A DNA stretch of 64,000 nucleotides from an uncultured Pseudomonadales bacterium (lineage in GTDB: Bacteria > Patescibacteriota > Microgenomatia > UBA1400 > PJMF01): contig CAZKVV010000005.1 of the NCBI GenBank assembly GCA_964556485.1, positions 16,326-80,325 on the forward strand, given 5' to 3'. The notes under the pieces were generated by a model that did not search any database, was not told the DNA's origin, and saw only the letters and a list, made by a program, of their open reading frames with translations. The position numbers and the translations under genes are program-made. Positions 61,526 through 64,000 of this stretch are shown here, piece by piece (position 1 is the first letter of the stretch; every line of letters starts with the position of its first letter).

Positions 61526-61771
61526 ATGTACCAAATAATAGGCGAAACCATTTGGGTTGCTGGCGTATACAAAAGTTCCCAGTTTATTCCCAAAAAATTT
61601 AAGTGGCGAGACAAAGAGCTTCCCATTTCTACCATTACCCTTATTTCTGATGCCAAGGATGGAGCGATAAAAAAACGCTTCTACAGCGTTGTTTCTGGCA
61701 ATGAGGTGTATCGCCTAGAGTTTAATCGTGAATCCGAACAATGGTATTTACAAGAGTTATGGGTGGAGTAA
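61526..61771 (+). CDS. hypothetical 81-aa protein translationally coupled to dinB
   Basis: ORF ends 4 nt before the dinB ATG. Confidence 0.4.
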   Translation: MYQIIGETIWVAGVYKSSQFIPKKFKWRDKELPISTITLISDAKDGAIKKRFYSVVSGNEVYRLEFNRESEQWYLQELWVE

Positions 61772-61774
61772 GGT

Positions 61775-63001
61775 ATGCAAAAATCAATTCTGCACGTAGA
61801 TATTAACTCGTACTTTGCCACCCTGCTGCAACAAGAAAACCCGCATTTGCGGGGTAAACCTATTGGCGTCATAAAAGATGTAGGTCGCAGTTGCCTGATT
61901 GCTGCCAGTAAAGAAGCCAAAACGTATGGAGTTGCCACCGGCTGTCGCCTGCGAGATGCGCAAGTGCTGTGTCCTCAAATCCAGGCTATTCCTGCTACTT
62001 TCGAGCGATACTTAGATGCCACTAAAAGACTACAAAAAGTGTTTCAAGCTATTGCACCTTCCGTACACATCTATTCACTGGATGAAGCCTTTATTGACAT
62101 CACCGACTGCCGACACTACCTCTACCCAGACGCTCAACAGCTGGGAGTGGCAATTCAGAATCATATAAAAAATGAACTTGGCGAATGGGTAACCTGTAAT
62201 GTAGGTATTGCTGAAAATAGATTGCTGGCAAAAATAGCTTCAGAAACGACTGCCAAAGGCACCGTGTTGGAAATTACCAGCGAAAACAAAGATGCGCTGC
62301 TTGCCCGCACCACCTTTGATCAAGTGTGTGGCATTGGCTACCGCTTATCAAAAAAGTTGGCCCTACTTAACGTTACCGTTCCGTACCAGATTAGGTTTAT
62401 TGCGCGCGAAGACCTAGAAGCACTAGTGGGAACCTTTTGGACTAATGAACTGTACAAAATTGCGTATGGCCAAGAAACACATATGCTTAAACAAATTGAT
62501 CGGTACCAAGAACACATGAAAAGTGTTGGACGTTCTATTACTGGATATCGTTTGTACACCAAGGATAAGGAAATACAAAGTATTTTAGCCAATCTTTGCC
62601 TGGAAATTATCGACAAGATCCGTACCATGCACCTTGCCGGCAGACATATCGCCATTGGACTGTATGGCCAACAAACCAGTTGGCATACGCACCTTACCAC
62701 GCACTGTTCTGTCCTCCATGCCTCAGAACTTATTGCTAAGGTCCTTGATTTATATACGCAGTGGCCAAAAAACTTTAAAGTTATTAAGTTTGCGGTTCGT
62801 CTTTCTTTGCTCGAACCACATCGACAACCTCAGTTGCTACCGCAGTGGCAAACGCACGAAGCAGTACAAACAGCCCTCGATGCTATCAACAAAAAATATG
62901 GATTATTTACCACGCATCCCGCATCTATCGAAAAAAATGACTTAATTAGACCAGAAGTGACTGGCTTTTTGGGAGATAGAATGTACCAGTTGAGGGAGTA
63001 G
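61775..63001 (+). CDS. dinB: Y-family DNA polymerase IV
   Basis: ILHVDINSYFAT and SLDEAFIDIT motifs; 408 aa. Confidence 0.85.
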   Translation: MQKSILHVDINSYFATLLQQENPHLRGKPIGVIKDVGRSCLIAASKEAKTYGVATGCRLRDAQVLCPQIQAIPATFERYLDATKRLQKVFQAIAPSVHIYSLDEAFIDITDCRHYLYPDAQQLGVAIQNHIKNELGEWVTCNVGIAENRLLAKIASETTAKGTVLEITSENKDALLARTTFDQVCGIGYRLSKKLALLNVTVPYQIRFIAREDLEALVGTFWTNELYKIAYGQETHMLKQIDRYQEHMKSVGRSITGYRLYTKDKEIQSILANLCLEIIDKIRTMHLAGRHIAIGLYGQQTSWHTHLTTHCSVLHASELIAKVLDLYTQWPKNFKVIKFAVRLSLLEPHRQPQLLPQWQTHEAVQTALDAINKKYGLFTTHPASIEKNDLIRPEVTGFLGDRMYQLRE

Positions 63002-63030
63002 CAATGGAGAAACGCTAGTCTGGAGACGCA

Positions 63031-63060
63031 AAAAGACCCAGTGTAAAACTGGGTCTTTTG
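63031..63060. terminator. bidirectional terminator aaaagacccagt-gtaaa-actgggtctttt
   Basis: Perfect 9-bp stem with an A-run and a T-run between the convergent dinB and 63078-63608 genes. Confidence 0.75.
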
Positions 63061-63077
63061 TTAAACAGGGGTATCTA

Positions 63078-63608
63078 TTAGGCTTCGATCTCTTTCGAGA
63101 CCTCGGCCAAGGCCTCCATCAGGGGAGCCGGAGCCTTAGGGGCTTCGAACATGGTGACGACGGGTTTCCCGCCGACGTTAGCCATTTCGGCCAACAGACG
63201 GACTCGTTCGCCATCCTTATTGGTGATCCAGACCTTCACGGCAGAACCGTAAGGCAGGACGAACAACCCTTCCACCGAGTGCAGTTTGTTGGCGGGTTTT
63301 GCAATCCGTTCAAAAAACTTGTGCTCGATATTCAGACGCGACTTTTTCATCGCGCCCGCAATTGTTTCCACTTCAAAGCCCACGAACTGCCCCTTGGGGG
63401 CAACATGCGTGACGCGCCACCACACTGTGGGGGCGGTCTTTTCTTTGTTCGATTTGACAATTTTCCCCTGGATAAACCAGGGGTTAGGAACCAAATTGCC
63501 TTGTGAATCAACGGCGTCGGAAGAAATCTCCCCAACAAGTTGACGGAAGGTGGTTCCAGCAAAAATACCAGAATTGACTTTGTTATTATTTGCAGAAAAA
63601 GTAGCCAT
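63078..63608 (-). CDS. hypothetical 176-aa protein in a locally GC-rich (about 55%) segment; candidate horizontally acquired gene
   Basis: GC counted at 50-63% per 60-nt line against about 42% for the window, with GCC/GGC/CCG-rich codons. No motif recognised. Confidence 0.5.
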   Translation of the reverse strand: MATFSANNNKVNSGIFAGTTFRQLVGEISSDAVDSQGNLVPNPWFIQGKIVKSNKEKTAPTVWWRVTHVAPKGQFVGFEVETIAGAMKKSRLNIEHKFFERIAKPANKLHSVEGLFVLPYGSAVKVWITNKDGERVRLLAEMANVGGKPVVTMFEAPKAPAPLMEALAEVSKEIEA

Positions 63609-63650
63609 TGTTTTCTCCTTAAGAAAAAATGAAATCAGAATTTGTAGGCT

Positions 63651-63747
63651 GCCTCAAGGCCTACGAAATGAGTGAGGCAAGCTACAGTCGAGTTAACTTC
63701 GTTAGAAGTGAAAAAATCAACTGTACTTTGCCTCACTATTCAAGGCC
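63651..63747. repeat. approximately 97-nt imperfect palindromic element in a divergent promoter region
   Basis: gcctcaaggcc...agtgaggcaa (63651-63680) and ttgcctcact...tcaaggccg (63728-63748) are inverted copies around a GTTAAC centre. Confidence 0.5.
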
Positions 63748-63934
63748 GTATATATAGATATCCTGTTAACGAACATGTGTGTGTCGCAGTGCTGTTTGCT
63801 AGAAACAGAAGCGGCACAACAACGACTATTATAGCCTATAACTATTAGTTTGTCAAGCTATTGGAAATAATTGCTGCTCCATAAAGGCTATTCCTCGAGG
63901 AAAAAAGTGTGGTAGTATAGTTGCAAAGGAACCT

Positions 63935-64000
63935 ATGAAACACCTACTCAGCCTCACCACACTCGCTACCACATCCCTCTTACTAGCAGCTTGTTTGCCA
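63935..64000 (+). CDS. lipoprotein (N-terminal fragment, continues beyond the window)
   Basis: MKHLLSLTTLATTSLLLAAC signal peptide with a lipobox. AAAGGA RBS and TGgTAGTAT -10 upstream. Confidence 0.45.
   Translation, partial: MKHLLSLTTLATTSLLLAACLP

Noticed and set aside
1-64000. CRISPR arrays, transposases, integrases, rRNA and tRNA genes
   Set aside because: No direct-repeat/spacer periodicity is present. No DDE or tyrosine-recombinase-like ORFs are present. The only high-identity repeats are hairpin terminators and the 63.65-63.75 kb palindrome.

Overview
This is a gene-dense bacterial chromosome segment, about 42-43% GC, read in the standard genetic code. Nearly all of it is coding, and intergenic spacers are short.

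Positions 1-23.3 kb form one uninterrupted minus-strand housekeeping super-operon: rpoB-rpoC-rpsL-rpsG-fusA-tuf-rpsJ-rplC-rplD-rplW-rplB-rpsS-rplV-rpsC-rplP-rpmC-rpsQ-rplN-rplX-rplE-rpsN-rpsH-rplF-rplR-rpsE-rplO-secY-adk. There is no L30 gene between rpsE and rplO, and S5, L22 and L3 carry low-complexity C-terminal extensions.

The rest of the window carries the following groups:
- Envelope and housekeeping genes: mltG, a macro-domain protein, ruvX, a sortase and a 736-aa membrane protein, plus a compact alaS preceded by what looks like a T-box riboswitch leader.
- A membrane/cell-shape cluster: a DUF948 and YtxH-like pair, a RodZ-like protein, yqeY, prmC, a COG0523 GTPase and a short citrate-synthase-family protein.
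- An accessory-looking island at 36.3-40.9 kb: a metallophosphoesterase-domain 683-aa protein, a Cas4-like 4-Cys PD-(D/E)XK nuclease and membrane or secreted proteins.
- A P-type ATPase.
- A fermentative energy module: a two-gene 2-oxoacid:ferredoxin oxidoreductase, an ADP-forming acetyl-CoA synthetase and L-lactate dehydrogenase.
- Three uncharacterised genes at 50.0-52.8 kb.
- A DsbA-like protein, a ferredoxin, a U32 peptidase and an RsmB-like methyltransferase.
- An OmpR-type two-component system with a small secreted protein, followed by typA, bcp and a small ORF translationally coupled to a Y-family polymerase (dinB).
- A GC-rich (about 55%) gene of unknown function at 63.1-63.6 kb, followed by a long palindromic element.

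I saw no rRNA, tRNA, CRISPR array, transposase or integrase. A reduced-genome, Gram-positive-like or CPR/Patescibacteria-like organism (possibly Saccharibacteria-like) is an inference from the L30 loss, the r-protein extensions, the sortase and the fermentative gene set, not a demonstrated result.

Manually derived coordinates can be off by 1 nt in places; the 25.5-26.5 kb stretch showed a 1-nt inconsistency against the ORF track.
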